IMG/VR virus record: IMGVR_UViG_3300027686_000002
Source: an uncultured virus (IMG/VR IMGVR_UViG_3300027686_000002)
Taxonomy: Duplodnaviria > Heunggongvirae > Uroviricota > Caudoviricetes
Length of the DNA: 64,000 bases
Direction: 5' to 3' (one strand)
The position numbers were made by a program, and so were the translations under genes. Under the pieces are notes generated by a model. That model saw only the letters and a program-made list of their open reading frames with translations, was not told the origin of the DNA and made no database searches. This document shows positions 46,154 through 55,378 of the stretch, piece after piece (position 1 is the stretch's first letter; each line of letters opens with the position of its first letter).

Positions 46154-46876
46154 ATGCAAAATATTGAATGTCACGTATGTACGCATACACAAGGATTTTA
46201 TGGAAACACATTTCTATGGTTTTTTAACCTACATGAAGGATTTGCAGAAGCTCCGCTAAGACCTCGGCACACAGTAAAAGAACTACAGCCGGGTGGTGAT
46301 TACGAAACTAAAGCTGATGAGTACGAAACAGCTAGACCAGAGATTGGTTTCTTTCACTTTAGACCTGATGATTATCATAGGTGGTTTTTAAGTGACATGG
46401 ATTGGAACACACACGTATCAAATGTGTTAAAAGAACAAGCAGATACAAAGTGGCGATCAAAGACAGCAATTAGTAAGTTATTAGTAAAGCCGCAAGTACA
46501 TGCACCAAAGCAAATACTTGCCAAGACTAAAGAACTGTTTCTAAATGCACCAATAAGTACAGTATATAACCTAACTACTGATAAGGACAATATTAAATTC
46601 TTTGAACACATAACAGATAGGTTAATAGTTCTTAACACATCAATAGAACCGTATGAAGAAGTGTTAAACAACACAATAAGACAAAAAGAACTAAACGATA
46701 CAGCGTTAGAAACAATTAGAGAAACACACTCGGTACTTGATGTGGATGTTGATAAATTGTTTTTTAAATATGACGAAGAGGAATACCAGAAAGTATTAAC
46801 AGTGTTAGGAACAGTGCCTATTGCTAACTGGAAGAAAAAACTAGACTATGCAAAGGAGATTATAGGTGAAAAGTAA
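46154..46876 (+). CDS. Hypothetical protein (sulfotransferase-like family inferred), tandem paralog of 46866..47606
   Basis: ECH...H.....GN.FL.F...HEGF and DV.K..F..DE.EY shared; ATG 46154 with GAGG RBS (track start lies inside the tRNA). Confidence 0.6.
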   Translation: MQNIECHVCTHTQGFYGNTFLWFFNLHEGFAEAPLRPRHTVKELQPGGDYETKADEYETARPEIGFFHFRPDDYHRWFLSDMDWNTHVSNVLKEQADTKWRSKTAISKLLVKPQVHAPKQILAKTKELFLNAPISTVYNLTTDKDNIKFFEHITDRLIVLNTSIEPYEEVLNNTIRQKELNDTALETIRETHSVLDVDVDKLFFKYDEEEYQKVLTVLGTVPIANWKKKLDYAKEIIGEK

Positions 46877-47606
46877 AGATGTAGAATGCCATTTATTAAT
46901 GCACACAGCATGTATGAGTGGAAATTTCTTTTTATATTTTATGGGACAGCATGAAGGATTTTTAAGTGGTAAAAAATGGAATAGAAATACACGTATAGAT
47001 AAATTTTGGGGTGAGAAATCACCAGAGCCATTACACTTATCAATTGAACGACACAATCTATGGCAAGGTGCATTAGGCGAAGCTGAAAATAGCCCACACC
47101 AAAACACTTCAGTTGTAGCATGGGACGAACACGTTAGATGGTCGTATCTTATGGCAAGTAAATTAAAAGATAATGAAACAGTTCGCACGTTCACTAAGCT
47201 ATCCGTTAAACCAAACTTGTTGCATAATGTTAAGCATGCAATGAAAGAACATGTAGTTGAGCAACTAATTGAAACAGTAACTCCTGAATGTTTATACTTA
47301 CTTTGTGTTTCTAAACCAGACCACTATGATAAGTTCTTAGCAAGAGCAGAAAAATTAAGACCGTATGATGATCCAGGGTTAAATGACAGATACTTGTTTG
47401 ATAACTTACTAGGACAACGTGAACATATACCAGATTTAGAAAAGCTAGTTCCTAAAGTAGTGGAAATAGACGTAGGCAAAATACTATTTGATTTAGATGA
47501 AGATGAATACAACAATTGGTGTGTGCATTTAAAGTCTCCAGCACTCGAAGGTTGGAAGGACTTGGTCAAAGAATATACAGACACATTTTTTACAGAGAAC
47601 AAATAA
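46866..47606 (+). CDS. Hypothetical protein, tandem paralog of 46154..46876
   Basis: Shared blocks as above; GTG start after AGGAG. Confidence 0.6.
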   Translation: MKSKDVECHLLMHTACMSGNFFLYFMGQHEGFLSGKKWNRNTRIDKFWGEKSPEPLHLSIERHNLWQGALGEAENSPHQNTSVVAWDEHVRWSYLMASKLKDNETVRTFTKLSVKPNLLHNVKHAMKEHVVEQLIETVTPECLYLLCVSKPDHYDKFLARAEKLRPYDDPGLNDRYLFDNLLGQREHIPDLEKLVPKVVEIDVGKILFDLDEDEYNNWCVHLKSPALEGWKDLVKEYTDTFFTENK

Positions 47607-47608
47607 CA

Positions 47609-48391
47609 ATGGCAATAATTAAAGAAACAGTACTAGAAGTAACACATTACACTGATACCTTATTTCATTTTGTAACCACACGAGCGCCTCACGTTAGATT
47701 CCGTGATGGTGAGTTTTTAATGATTGGACTAGATAATTGGTCTGAGAAGTTACAAAAAAGTAAACCAATAATGAGAGCTTACAGTGTAGCAAGCCCTAAC
47801 CATCAAGACACACTAGAGTTCTACAGTATTAAAGTACAAGACGGACCGTTAACAAGCAGGCTACAGCACATTAAACCAGGCGACGAGTTTCTAGTAAATG
47901 ACAAACCAGTTGGCACCTTAGTACATGCTAACTTAAACCCTGGCCGTAACTTATATCTATTAGCTACAGGAACAGGCATTGCTCCGTTTATGAGTATTAT
48001 ACGTGGAATTGATACATACGAATATTATGATAATGTTATTTTAGTATGGGGCACTAGGATTGCAAAGGAACTTGCATTTAGAGAGCTACTTGAAGGACTA
48101 AATGACGATGAAATATTTAGTGAAGTAACTGAAGGCAAACTAAAATGTTACTTTACATGTACACGTGAAACATATGAAAACGAAGGCCGTGTTACAACAG
48201 CAATGTATGAAAACAAAGTACAAGACAAATTAGGACTACCAGAACTTTCACCATTACACGATAGAGTAATGATTTGCGGATCTATGGAAATGAATATTGA
48301 ACTTAAAGAATATTTAGAAGAGATGGGATTCACAGAAGGCACAAATAAGACGCCGGGAGAGTTTGTAATAGAAAGAGCATTCGTAGGATGA
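47609..48391 (+). CDS. fpr: Ferredoxin(flavodoxin)-NADP+ reductase, bacterial type
   Basis: MRAYSVAS, YSIKVQDGPLTSRLQHI, ATGTGIAPF, RVMICGS, ERAFV; start re-assigned to ATG 47609. Confidence 0.93.
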   Translation: MAIIKETVLEVTHYTDTLFHFVTTRAPHVRFRDGEFLMIGLDNWSEKLQKSKPIMRAYSVASPNHQDTLEFYSIKVQDGPLTSRLQHIKPGDEFLVNDKPVGTLVHANLNPGRNLYLLATGTGIAPFMSIIRGIDTYEYYDNVILVWGTRIAKELAFRELLEGLNDDEIFSEVTEGKLKCYFTCTRETYENEGRVTTAMYENKVQDKLGLPELSPLHDRVMICGSMEMNIELKEYLEEMGFTEGTNKTPGEFVIERAFVG

Positions 48392-49098
48392 GAACAGCAG
48401 AACAAAAAAAGTTAATTACAGATAGATATACAACAGCAGAATTACACAAGGACGTAGTGAATCAAGGATTTATTGATTACTTACTTAATCAGTATCATAA
48501 TTCAAAACAAATTGTAAAATATAAAGAAGCAGGATCTAAGGGTCCTGTTGTTATGAACTATAGCCCAGATAGACAAGAGTATGAAGCATGGTTTACTCCT
48601 GTACAAAACTTTGTAGATCATTTAATTGGTGAAGACAATATGGTATGGGGCAGTAACATATTTAAAGTTGAAAAACCTCACATAGTACATAATGATGATT
48701 ACCACGAAAAGATATACGATATCTTTAAGACAGTAGTTATTCCATTAGAAATATCCAAGCCAACTAGCTTTATTGTATTTGATCAATATTACTTAGATGG
48801 TCCTATTAAGTGCTTTAGGGGATATCCAAAAGTTCCAGAAAGCTTCTATAATAAAAGTTTAACAGACTACAGTAACATAGAAGGTTTTACGGACATTCCA
48901 TTCAATAAAGAAATATACAACGAGTATCTTACACACATACCTTATGAAGCATTACATGGTCTTACAGTTGAAGCAATTGTACGTTGGCAACCTGGTGATG
49001 CAATAACATTTGATATGGGTAAGCTACATAGTGCAGTTAATTTTAATGCACAAGGTATAGACTACAAGATCGGATACAGTATTTTTACTGGTAAATAG
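48388..49098 (+). CDS. 2OG-Fe(II) oxygenase-like protein
   Basis: PHIVHND (HxD), TVVIPL, WQPGDAITFDMGKLHSA; related to 51644..52645. Confidence 0.65.
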   Translation: MRTAEQKKLITDRYTTAELHKDVVNQGFIDYLLNQYHNSKQIVKYKEAGSKGPVVMNYSPDRQEYEAWFTPVQNFVDHLIGEDNMVWGSNIFKVEKPHIVHNDDYHEKIYDIFKTVVIPLEISKPTSFIVFDQYYLDGPIKCFRGYPKVPESFYNKSLTDYSNIEGFTDIPFNKEIYNEYLTHIPYEALHGLTVEAIVRWQPGDAITFDMGKLHSAVNFNAQGIDYKIGYSIFTGK

Positions 49099-49102
49099 TG
49101 TT

Positions 49103-49176
49103 GTAGACAAAGCATAGTTTGGCCCAACGGATTTCACCGTTTCAGGACACAGCTATAGGACTTATGATTCGTCTGC
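49103..49176 (+). ncRNA. Structured 5' leader or small RNA (long imperfect hairpin)
   Basis: GTAGACAAAGCATAG pairs with TTATGATTCGTCTGC (13/15), inner AACGG-ATTTCA-CCGTT; begins at the expected start site of the TAAATA promoter. Confidence 0.4.
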
Positions 49177-49201
49177 TTATTTGAAATTAGAGAGGTAAAA
49201 T

Positions 49202-49459
49202 ATGACTCTAATAGGACATAACAGTAAGGGTGATGCTGATAAGAAATTAATTATTGATATCACGGACATATACGATCAACGAGATAGAAAGCGGAAAGAG
49301 CTTAGATTTTATACTACAGAGTTAGATAATTTAATGGCTAAGCTAGGAAGAATTCAACAAGAAGTTGGCGTAACAGAAACTATTATTAGATTAATAGAAA
49401 ACGAACAAATCCTGGATTTGCAAGAAGCAATAAGGGAAAAAAGAAAATACAAGGATTAA
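49202..49459 (+). CDS. Small coiled-coil protein with IGHNS N-terminal motif
   Basis: AGAGGT RBS; heptad pattern. Confidence 0.65.
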   Translation: MTLIGHNSKGDADKKLIIDITDIYDQRDRKRKELRFYTTELDNLMAKLGRIQQEVGVTETIIRLIENEQILDLQEAIREKRKYKD

Positions 49460-49460
49460 A

Positions 49461-50213
49461 ATGAACACATTATACTTAGTTTGCAGTCATAGTTGCATGA
49501 GCCAAATGGAGATTCCATATTTGCTCAACAACAGTCCTATGTTACACGGTACAAGCCAAGCTGGTGAGCATTGGGCATCATATGAACTAGATGGTCAAGA
49601 GATTGATCACGAACCAGGCATGCTAGGCAAAATTCGTGTACATGATGATTATTGGAATATTTCAGAAAGCGATAGACAGTGGTACAATTATGAGGTCCGG
49701 AATGCCATGTCTATTACTACTGAACAGTTAGACGGACTTTTACACTTAATAGAAGATAAGAGCATAGCAGTATTATTACATGCTCAAAATTACGAAGACA
49801 TATGGAAATGGAGCAGAGGTAAAACTGCACTATTAATCAGGACTGAAATGGATGAATGGGACGGTAACATTGTTAACTGGGCATCCAGAGAGTACAACAC
49901 GCTAATGGAAGACGATCGCAATGCAAACTATAGTGCAGATGATCATAGTTGGCCAGGTACCGATGTCATTGTAGATAAGTTTATAAGTAAGAAAGCATAT
50001 AACAATGAAATTGATGAATGTGAAAACGATCGCATTATAAAGCAAAGCCAATGGCTAACTTTAGATGGGTTGCAAACATTATGGGATACTGTAGAAATTG
50101 AGTCTCCAGACAAAGACTGGATAGCACGATACTACGAAGACTATAATAATCACCAAGACATTAATTTAGAATTAGCTAAGGAAATAACAGATGCCTACAA
50201 TAAAAGACAGTAA
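49461..50213 (+). CDS. Hypothetical protein (sulfotransferase-like family inferred)
   Basis: N-terminal LYLVCSHSCMS..YLLN pattern resembling 46866 N-terminus. Confidence 0.5.
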   Translation: MNTLYLVCSHSCMSQMEIPYLLNNSPMLHGTSQAGEHWASYELDGQEIDHEPGMLGKIRVHDDYWNISESDRQWYNYEVRNAMSITTEQLDGLLHLIEDKSIAVLLHAQNYEDIWKWSRGKTALLIRTEMDEWDGNIVNWASREYNTLMEDDRNANYSADDHSWPGTDVIVDKFISKKAYNNEIDECENDRIIKQSQWLTLDGLQTLWDTVEIESPDKDWIARYYEDYNNHQDINLELAKEITDAYNKRQ

Positions 50214-50571
50214 CAACGTAGTACTATTCAGTGATCCATTAAAGATATATCTTTTTAAAGATGATAAAACAGTTAAGGTATCATTTAAAGTGACTGATTA
50301 TATAGTCACAAATAGAGAGTTTAAACAAGAAGACTTTGAATACATTTTAGAAAATTGGAAAATTGGAGAAGGTGTACAGGGTTTAGAAATGAAGCATGAT
50401 GGAAAAGTTTGGTGGTATCACAGTGCGTTTGGACCACGCCCAGAATGTATTGATGCTAACATGGTATGCATTAACTTTAGTAGATTTAGCTTTAGAATCT
50501 CAGAACAAGAAATGCAACGAATCTCAGATAATTACTATCATCAAAAATCCAATGTAATGCATTGGGACTAA
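50191..50571 (+). CDS. Hypothetical protein
   Basis: AAGGA RBS, overlapping operon. Confidence 0.6.
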   Translation: MPTIKDSNNVVLFSDPLKIYLFKDDKTVKVSFKVTDYIVTNREFKQEDFEYILENWKIGEGVQGLEMKHDGKVWWYHSAFGPRPECIDANMVCINFSRFSFRISEQEMQRISDNYYHQKSNVMHWD

Positions 50572-50572
50572 C

Positions 50573-51649
50573 ATGGATAAATTTAATAAAGATAATAAAA
50601 AAATAGCAGTAGGCTGGTTATTGGCAGATAATGTTAATACACTTGTTACTGGTTTTTCTCAGAATTTATTAGAATACTATTATGTAGTTGTAGACAAATA
50701 CAATGCACAACAGTACATACACAATGACATAGAAGTAATGGTAGAACAATCAAAGCTAGATGGCTTTGAACAAATACTCATTATAAAGCAAGGCATTGTG
50801 TTTACTAATATTGACGAGTACTTTAATTCTGTAAATTCAACTGCACCTATGATTATAGCAGGTGGTGATACTATATTAGATTTTAATAAAGCAACACCAG
50901 ATATGTTCTCACACCTAATATTAAGAATTCTTAATACACAAGTTACATTCGTAGCAAACACAGACAACCCAAATATTGCAGAACACTACATGCCAGATTT
51001 AGGCGATATACAATTCACTAAATTAGTAACAAGTGCAGGTGGATTAAATCCCATACTGTATCCTTGGTCATTGGGCATGGAAGCAAGTTGTACAGTAGAA
51101 GTTAGAGATGTAAGCAATATTGCTTTAATAAATGCTAAACGTTGGGTAACTGAATGGGATGGAATAGACTCTAAAACCTTCTCATTAATGCTGAAGAATG
51201 CTTCAACTATTGATGGTGATACTATCCAAACACGTGGATATAAAATGGCTGATCAAATGCAAGCACAAGTGGATAATCAACTAGGTTTTAAGGATTGGCA
51301 TGCAGATGCATTTAAGCATATTGGGTATTCATATCATATACATGATTTCTTTAATCCTACTGACAATGCAAGGCTGTTAGACTCCATACAAAGCAACGTA
51401 GGCAACGTTTACGTTCATTTAAGCAACATTTATCACTATCAAGCTACTGCATTCTACTTTGGGCTAAACGCCCGTGTAAGCATGCGTAATGAGCTTCTAA
51501 ACAGCATAAAAAGCCGGAACCTTGGTAGCAAAGTAATGATAACTTTAATGGATCCACAGATGAATCAACCACCAAAAGCTATGTGGGTAGATGACATTGA
51601 AATACAAGAAGTACTACCTAAATTTAAAGTGTTTCCTTGGCAGTTATAG
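50573..51649 (+). CDS. Methyltransferase-like protein, shortened paralog of 671..2101
   Basis: AVGWL, KQG, FVANT, FTKLVTSAGGLNP, DVS..AL, TEWDG, YVHLSNIYHY shared. Confidence 0.55.
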   Translation: MDKFNKDNKKIAVGWLLADNVNTLVTGFSQNLLEYYYVVVDKYNAQQYIHNDIEVMVEQSKLDGFEQILIIKQGIVFTNIDEYFNSVNSTAPMIIAGGDTILDFNKATPDMFSHLILRILNTQVTFVANTDNPNIAEHYMPDLGDIQFTKLVTSAGGLNPILYPWSLGMEASCTVEVRDVSNIALINAKRWVTEWDGIDSKTFSLMLKNASTIDGDTIQTRGYKMADQMQAQVDNQLGFKDWHADAFKHIGYSYHIHDFFNPTDNARLLDSIQSNVGNVYVHLSNIYHYQATAFYFGLNARVSMRNELLNSIKSRNLGSKVMITLMDPQMNQPPKAMWVDDIEIQEVLPKFKVFPWQL

Positions 51650-52645
51650 CATAGTAGACATATAAGCGTAGCACATACGACTTTCGTTATGTAGCTTATG
51701 TTGGTAGAAATGATTGAATGGTTTTGTCTTATGAAAACGCTTTGAATCCCAGGATATAAGTTTTCCAGGTTCCCCAAAATACAGTATCTTTTCTAATGAT
51801 GTTCCATATCCTTCTTCTTGATTGAATACACGTGTGTGGTCTTCTACATGTTCCATAATACGTGCATAATCTTCATCACTCATTGGAGCATCTGTAAAGT
51901 TACGTATATGCTCGCCAAATCTTGTTGGCTCGTCACCTTTACCAAAACAAATTATTCTCTTTTTAGGCGCAGGCCCTACACTCCATGTACCTTCAATTTC
52001 AGCACCATAATTTAAGTATACGCTATATGGATACCATTGATTAAAAGTAACTGTACCAGCAGTTGGTCCAGCATCAATGTTAATCAATCCTTGGTGACCA
52101 GCACATGGAGTTGCTTTATTTGGTTTATATTGTTTAGGATTTAAGTCTTCCCATTTCTCAGGTCTATTTTGACTTTTTAAAGGAGTATCCACTCCGTCAG
52201 TATGAATTTCAAAAGGCTTGTTAAAATTAAATATTGATGTTGTCCAAATCCAACCTGGATCTCTTCCTAACTTAGTTAAGTTAGTGTGTACAGCATCACG
52301 CATTTCTTTTATTATGTTAAAGTCATTTTGATACTTCTTTTTAAACTGTCTGTATACTTCGTTGTCTGCAGATCTAAACAATCCACTTTTGGCACGGTTT
52401 ACTGCATTAAGATAATCAAAGCAAATAAAACTTGCAGTCTCTTCTCCAGCTACATCAAAACTTGCCCAAATATCATTAATTTTTAAACGAGCAGGATCCA
52501 TGTGTGCAATCTCTTCAGCAAACTTTGGTGTTATATAATTGTAAAAATCCTTAAGACCTGTTATTAGTGCAGGATCTACAAAATTATCATGTTCTACTGA
52601 TTCGTATAATTCATCTTTGTAAAAATAATCACTCATTCCACCCAT
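51644..52645 (-). CDS. 2OG-Fe(II) oxygenase-like protein
   Basis: PFEIHTD (HxD), GLINID, PGKLISWDSKRFHKT, distal R. Confidence 0.65.
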   Translation of the reverse strand: MGGMSDYFYKDELYESVEHDNFVDPALITGLKDFYNYITPKFAEEIAHMDPARLKINDIWASFDVAGEETASFICFDYLNAVNRAKSGLFRSADNEVYRQFKKKYQNDFNIIKEMRDAVHTNLTKLGRDPGWIWTTSIFNFNKPFEIHTDGVDTPLKSQNRPEKWEDLNPKQYKPNKATPCAGHQGLINIDAGPTAGTVTFNQWYPYSVYLNYGAEIEGTWSVGPAPKKRIICFGKGDEPTRFGEHIRNFTDAPMSDEDYARIMEHVEDHTRVFNQEEGYGTSLEKILYFGEPGKLISWDSKRFHKTKPFNHFYQHKLHNESRMCYAYMSTML

Positions 52646-52944
52646 CCATCAGCAGTAATGCTAGCATCATCAATTCCTGACTCTCCTAACCTAATTCCTT
52701 TTTCCCATGTTCTGTTTTCAGACACATGATTTGCAAATGCTCTTTTTTGTTCTTCATCTTCAAATCCCATCATACAAATAACTTGTTCGCCAACAATTTG
52801 ATATTGTACTGTTGGTGTATTTGTCCAATTTGTATTGTCAAATGATGCTTGTTTGCTTGATATTCTTTGTCCTTCTGAACCAGCTTTAAATCCAGCTAAA
52901 TCAGCAAAAGGTCCTATAAAAACCTTAGTATGATATATATTCAT
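52633..52944 (-). CDS. Hypothetical 103-aa protein, paralog of 5530..5838
   Basis: Minus-strand TAAATA at 52971-52976 and AAGGAG RBS. Confidence 0.7.
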   Translation of the reverse strand: MNIYHTKVFIGPFADLAGFKAGSEGQRISSKQASFDNTNWTNTPTVQYQIVGEQVICMMGFEDEEQKRAFANHVSENRTWEKGIRLGESGIDDASITADGWVE

Positions 52945-52999
52945 ATGATTAATCTCCTTACGATTAGTAATATTTATCTAAGAAAAATTAAATTAATTT

Positions 53000-53028
53000 A
53001 AAAACCCTTGTTTTATATGGGTTTTTTT
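53000..53028 (+). terminator. Terminator of repeated terminator-promoter cassette
   Basis: AAAAACCC-loop-GGGTTTTTTT; near copy at 56534. Confidence 0.75.
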
Positions 53029-53041
53029 AGCTAACTAAAGG

Positions 53042-53070
53042 TTGACAAGTAAGACATCTTGCCGTATAAT
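53042..53070 (+). promoter_or_regulatory. Early sigma70 promoter with operator
   Basis: TTGACA-AGTAAGACATCTTGCCG-TATAAT. Confidence 0.92.
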
Positions 53071-53107
53071 TAGTATATAAGTTAAACAAACAACGGAGTT
53101 GAATTAC

Positions 53108-53515
53108 ATGGCATATATTACATCAGAAGACGTAAAAGCAGTAAGAAACGCATTAAAAGCTGAATTTGGTAACAAGTTCAAATTTGGTGTTACTAAGCAA
53201 CATCATTCAAGCGTAAACATTGTTGTTAAAGCAGGCCCTGCACCACTTGATACTTATGAGATGAAGAATCAAAGAGGCGATATGATGGCTAGCAATGGTA
53301 ACTTTCAAGTAAATCATTATCATACACATATGTATGGTGAATTCCAAGGTTTCTTTGATAGGCTTTCAGAAATTGCACATACTGCACCAGGTTTAGCAGG
53401 TGGCAGAAAATGGTATGATGATAGTGATGCAATGACAGATTATTTCAGTACTGCATACTACGTTAATATTGAAGTTGGAAAATACGACAAGCCTTACATT
53501 AACACAAGTAAATAA
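53108..53515 (+). CDS. Early hypothetical protein (LPD-type phage domain inferred)
   Basis: VRNALKAEFG.KFKFGV....SSVNI, DSDAMTDYF..AYY; GGAG RBS. Confidence 0.55.
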   Translation: MAYITSEDVKAVRNALKAEFGNKFKFGVTKQHHSSVNIVVKAGPAPLDTYEMKNQRGDMMASNGNFQVNHYHTHMYGEFQGFFDRLSEIAHTAPGLAGGRKWYDDSDAMTDYFSTAYYVNIEVGKYDKPYINTSK

Positions 53516-53526
53516 AGGAGATAAAA

Positions 53527-53742
53527 ATGGGAATGAGTAATTATATTTTAGATAACGAAGACAAATTTTGGAACCTAGCAGACGAAACTATTATCGACTG
53601 TGAAGTGTTTGAACAATTTGTTAGTGCAATGAAGCCACAGCAAGATTTACTTCAAGGTTCACCTAGTATGCCAGAAAATGAAGTAGACTTTGAAAACATG
53701 CTAAGTGAAGCATGGTCACAAAAGCAACGTAAATTCGCCTAA
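53527..53742 (+). CDS. Early hypothetical protein
   Basis: AAGGAG RBS. Confidence 0.7.
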   Translation: MGMSNYILDNEDKFWNLADETIIDCEVFEQFVSAMKPQQDLLQGSPSMPENEVDFENMLSEAWSQKQRKFA

Positions 53743-53743
53743 T

Positions 53744-54103
53744 ATGATAGAACATAAAAAAGACAACCCACACAAGGAAATAGGTAAACAAAAGTTTAGA
53801 GTTAAAACCTATTACACTGCATGGGTTGAATATGACGTAATTGCTGATAACAAAGACGAAGCTATGGATAAAGTAATAGAGCATGGTGGAATTGAAAAAA
53901 TTAATTGGCAAGACGGTTGTTTGGGAGATGCAGAAGTTTATGCATGTGATCACAATTTTGTAGAACATGATGATACTGTTAAAGTAGCAGAATGTGTTCC
54001 ATACGAAGATAGCGATATTGATACAGGCGAAGATGTGCTAGACTATGATGATCCAGACTGGACTACTGATGAATTTAGATGGAAAATAGAGGTTGACAAG
54101 TAA
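53744..54103 (+). CDS. Early acidic hypothetical protein
   Basis: ATG 53744; last codons and stop lie inside the next promoter repeat. Confidence 0.65.
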   Translation: MIEHKKDNPHKEIGKQKFRVKTYYTAWVEYDVIADNKDEAMDKVIEHGGIEKINWQDGCLGDAEVYACDHNFVEHDDTVKVAECVPYEDSDIDTGEDVLDYDDPDWTTDEFRWKIEVDK

Positions 54104-54121
54104 GACGTCTTACTGTATACT
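54093..54121 (+). promoter_or_regulatory. Early sigma70 promoter with perfect 16-bp palindromic operator
   Basis: TTGACA-AGTAAGACGTCTTACTG-TATACT. Confidence 0.92.
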
Positions 54122-54146
54122 GTAAGTATATTAATTAAAAAGGAAT

Positions 54147-54731
54147 ATGAATATGTTTAAATTTTTATGGAAATTAATTAAATGGTCATTTGTTATAATT
54201 GTAGTTTTAATTGTTATTGCTTTTTTAATTCCAACTGATCCCGAAGCTGAAGCAAAACGTACACAAGCCCGTATTGAAAATTGCCAGACATTGATTTGGG
54301 GCGTTGGTAGTTGTGACGAAGATGGATATGAAACACAAGAATCTAAGGATCAGACAGCACTTATTGAGAGTGAGAAAAAAGCAAAAGCAGATGCAATAGC
54401 GACAAAAGCAAAAGCAAAAGCAGATGCTATAATAGCGGCACAAAAAGCAGAATCATCTCGTATAGACAACAAATTAACAGATGGTAGACTTATGTGTAAA
54501 AATTCCGTAAGAAAACTAGCCAAGTACCCAACTAAAGTAGACTACGATGGCTGGACATCAGGAGACATGGTTGAAAACTTTAATAAAGGTAGCCAGTATC
54601 CAGACCGTTTTTGGATTAACTTTGAAGGTGAATGGATGAATGGCTTTGGAAATATGGTACCGTTTACTGCTCATTGCAAACTTGATATGAATTCAACTGC
54701 TGGTAAAATAGTTGATATGTGGATTAAATAA
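54147..54731 (+). CDS. Early membrane-anchored protein
   Basis: N-terminal TM (FVIIVVLIVIAFLI), Ala/Lys helix, C-terminal globular domain with Cys pair. Confidence 0.7.
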   Translation: MNMFKFLWKLIKWSFVIIVVLIVIAFLIPTDPEAEAKRTQARIENCQTLIWGVGSCDEDGYETQESKDQTALIESEKKAKADAIATKAKAKADAIIAAQKAESSRIDNKLTDGRLMCKNSVRKLAKYPTKVDYDGWTSGDMVENFNKGSQYPDRFWINFEGEWMNGFGNMVPFTAHCKLDMNSTAGKIVDMWIK

Positions 54732-54734
54732 AGG

Positions 54735-54763
54735 TTGACAAGCAAGACATCTTGCTGTATAAT
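54735..54763 (+). promoter_or_regulatory. Early sigma70 promoter with operator (compensatory variant)
   Basis: TTGACA-AGCAAGACATCTTGCTG-TATAAT. Confidence 0.92.
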
Positions 54764-54808
54764 ACATAGTATAAGTTAATTAAATAACAACAACAAGGAG
54801 AAACATAT

Positions 54809-55147
54809 ATGTACGAAGTAGCAGAAATTAAGGCAATTGTGGAAAAAGCAAAAGCGGCAGCTCACACTGCATCACTAAAATACTTAAATGAAAACCTAAA
54901 GGGTGAAGATACTTATCCTTGTGGATTTGCTTGGGTTACTATTAACGGTATTAAAGGTAATACTAAGTTTGGAATGAACATGAAAAAAGCCGGTCTTGAG
55001 CAAGATTATACTAAGGCTTGGAAAATTTGGAACCCTGGTACAGTTAACGTGCAAAACGTTGATGTTAAAGAAGCTGGTGCAGACGCGGCAGCTAAGGTGT
55101 TTGAATCATTTGGATTTAAAGCATACTCAAACAGTAGGTTAGATTAA
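54809..55147 (+). CDS. Early conserved phage hypothetical protein
   Basis: YPCGFAWV..QNVDVKEAGA..SRLD; AAGGAG RBS. Confidence 0.7.
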   Translation: MYEVAEIKAIVEKAKAAAHTASLKYLNENLKGEDTYPCGFAWVTINGIKGNTKFGMNMKKAGLEQDYTKAWKIWNPGTVNVQNVDVKEAGADAAAKVFESFGFKAYSNSRLD

Positions 55148-55148
55148 T

Positions 55149-55295
55149 ATGGATGATGCAACAATCGCATTGTACGAACGCAGAATAGATAGTTGCGTTC
55201 GTGCTTCAAAGGCCGCAGAAAAGGGAACGTGGGCACACACCTTTTGGATGCAAACTGCTTCAGCTATTTTGAGAAAACTTCGTAGAAACTCTTAA
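55149..55295 (+). CDS. Small early protein, 48 aa (not in ORF track)
   Basis: MDDATIALYERRIDSCVRASKAAEKGTWAHTFWMQTASAILRKLRRNS fills the gap to the next promoter. Confidence 0.55.
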   Translation: MDDATIALYERRIDSCVRASKAAEKGTWAHTFWMQTASAILRKLRRNS

Positions 55296-55303
55296 AATAA
55301 AGG

Positions 55304-55332
55304 TTGACAAGCAAGACATCTTGCCGTATAAT
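55304..55332 (+). promoter_or_regulatory. Early sigma70 promoter with operator
   Basis: TTGACA-AGCAAGACATCTTGCCG-TATAAT. Confidence 0.92.
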
Positions 55333-55378
55333 AATAGTATAAAGTAAGAATTTAATAACAAAGCCTGGAGGCATATAT

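Noticed and set aside
49103..49176. tRNA-sized element as a tRNA or pseudo-tRNA
   Set aside because: No D-loop GG in position, no T-arm, no CCA; folds as a rod rather than a cloverleaf
52985..53005. TTAA repeats here and at 56515-56538 as CtrA boxes
   Set aside because: Spacing is TTAA-N1 or N6, not TTAA-N7-TTAA; probably an AT-rich part of the cassette
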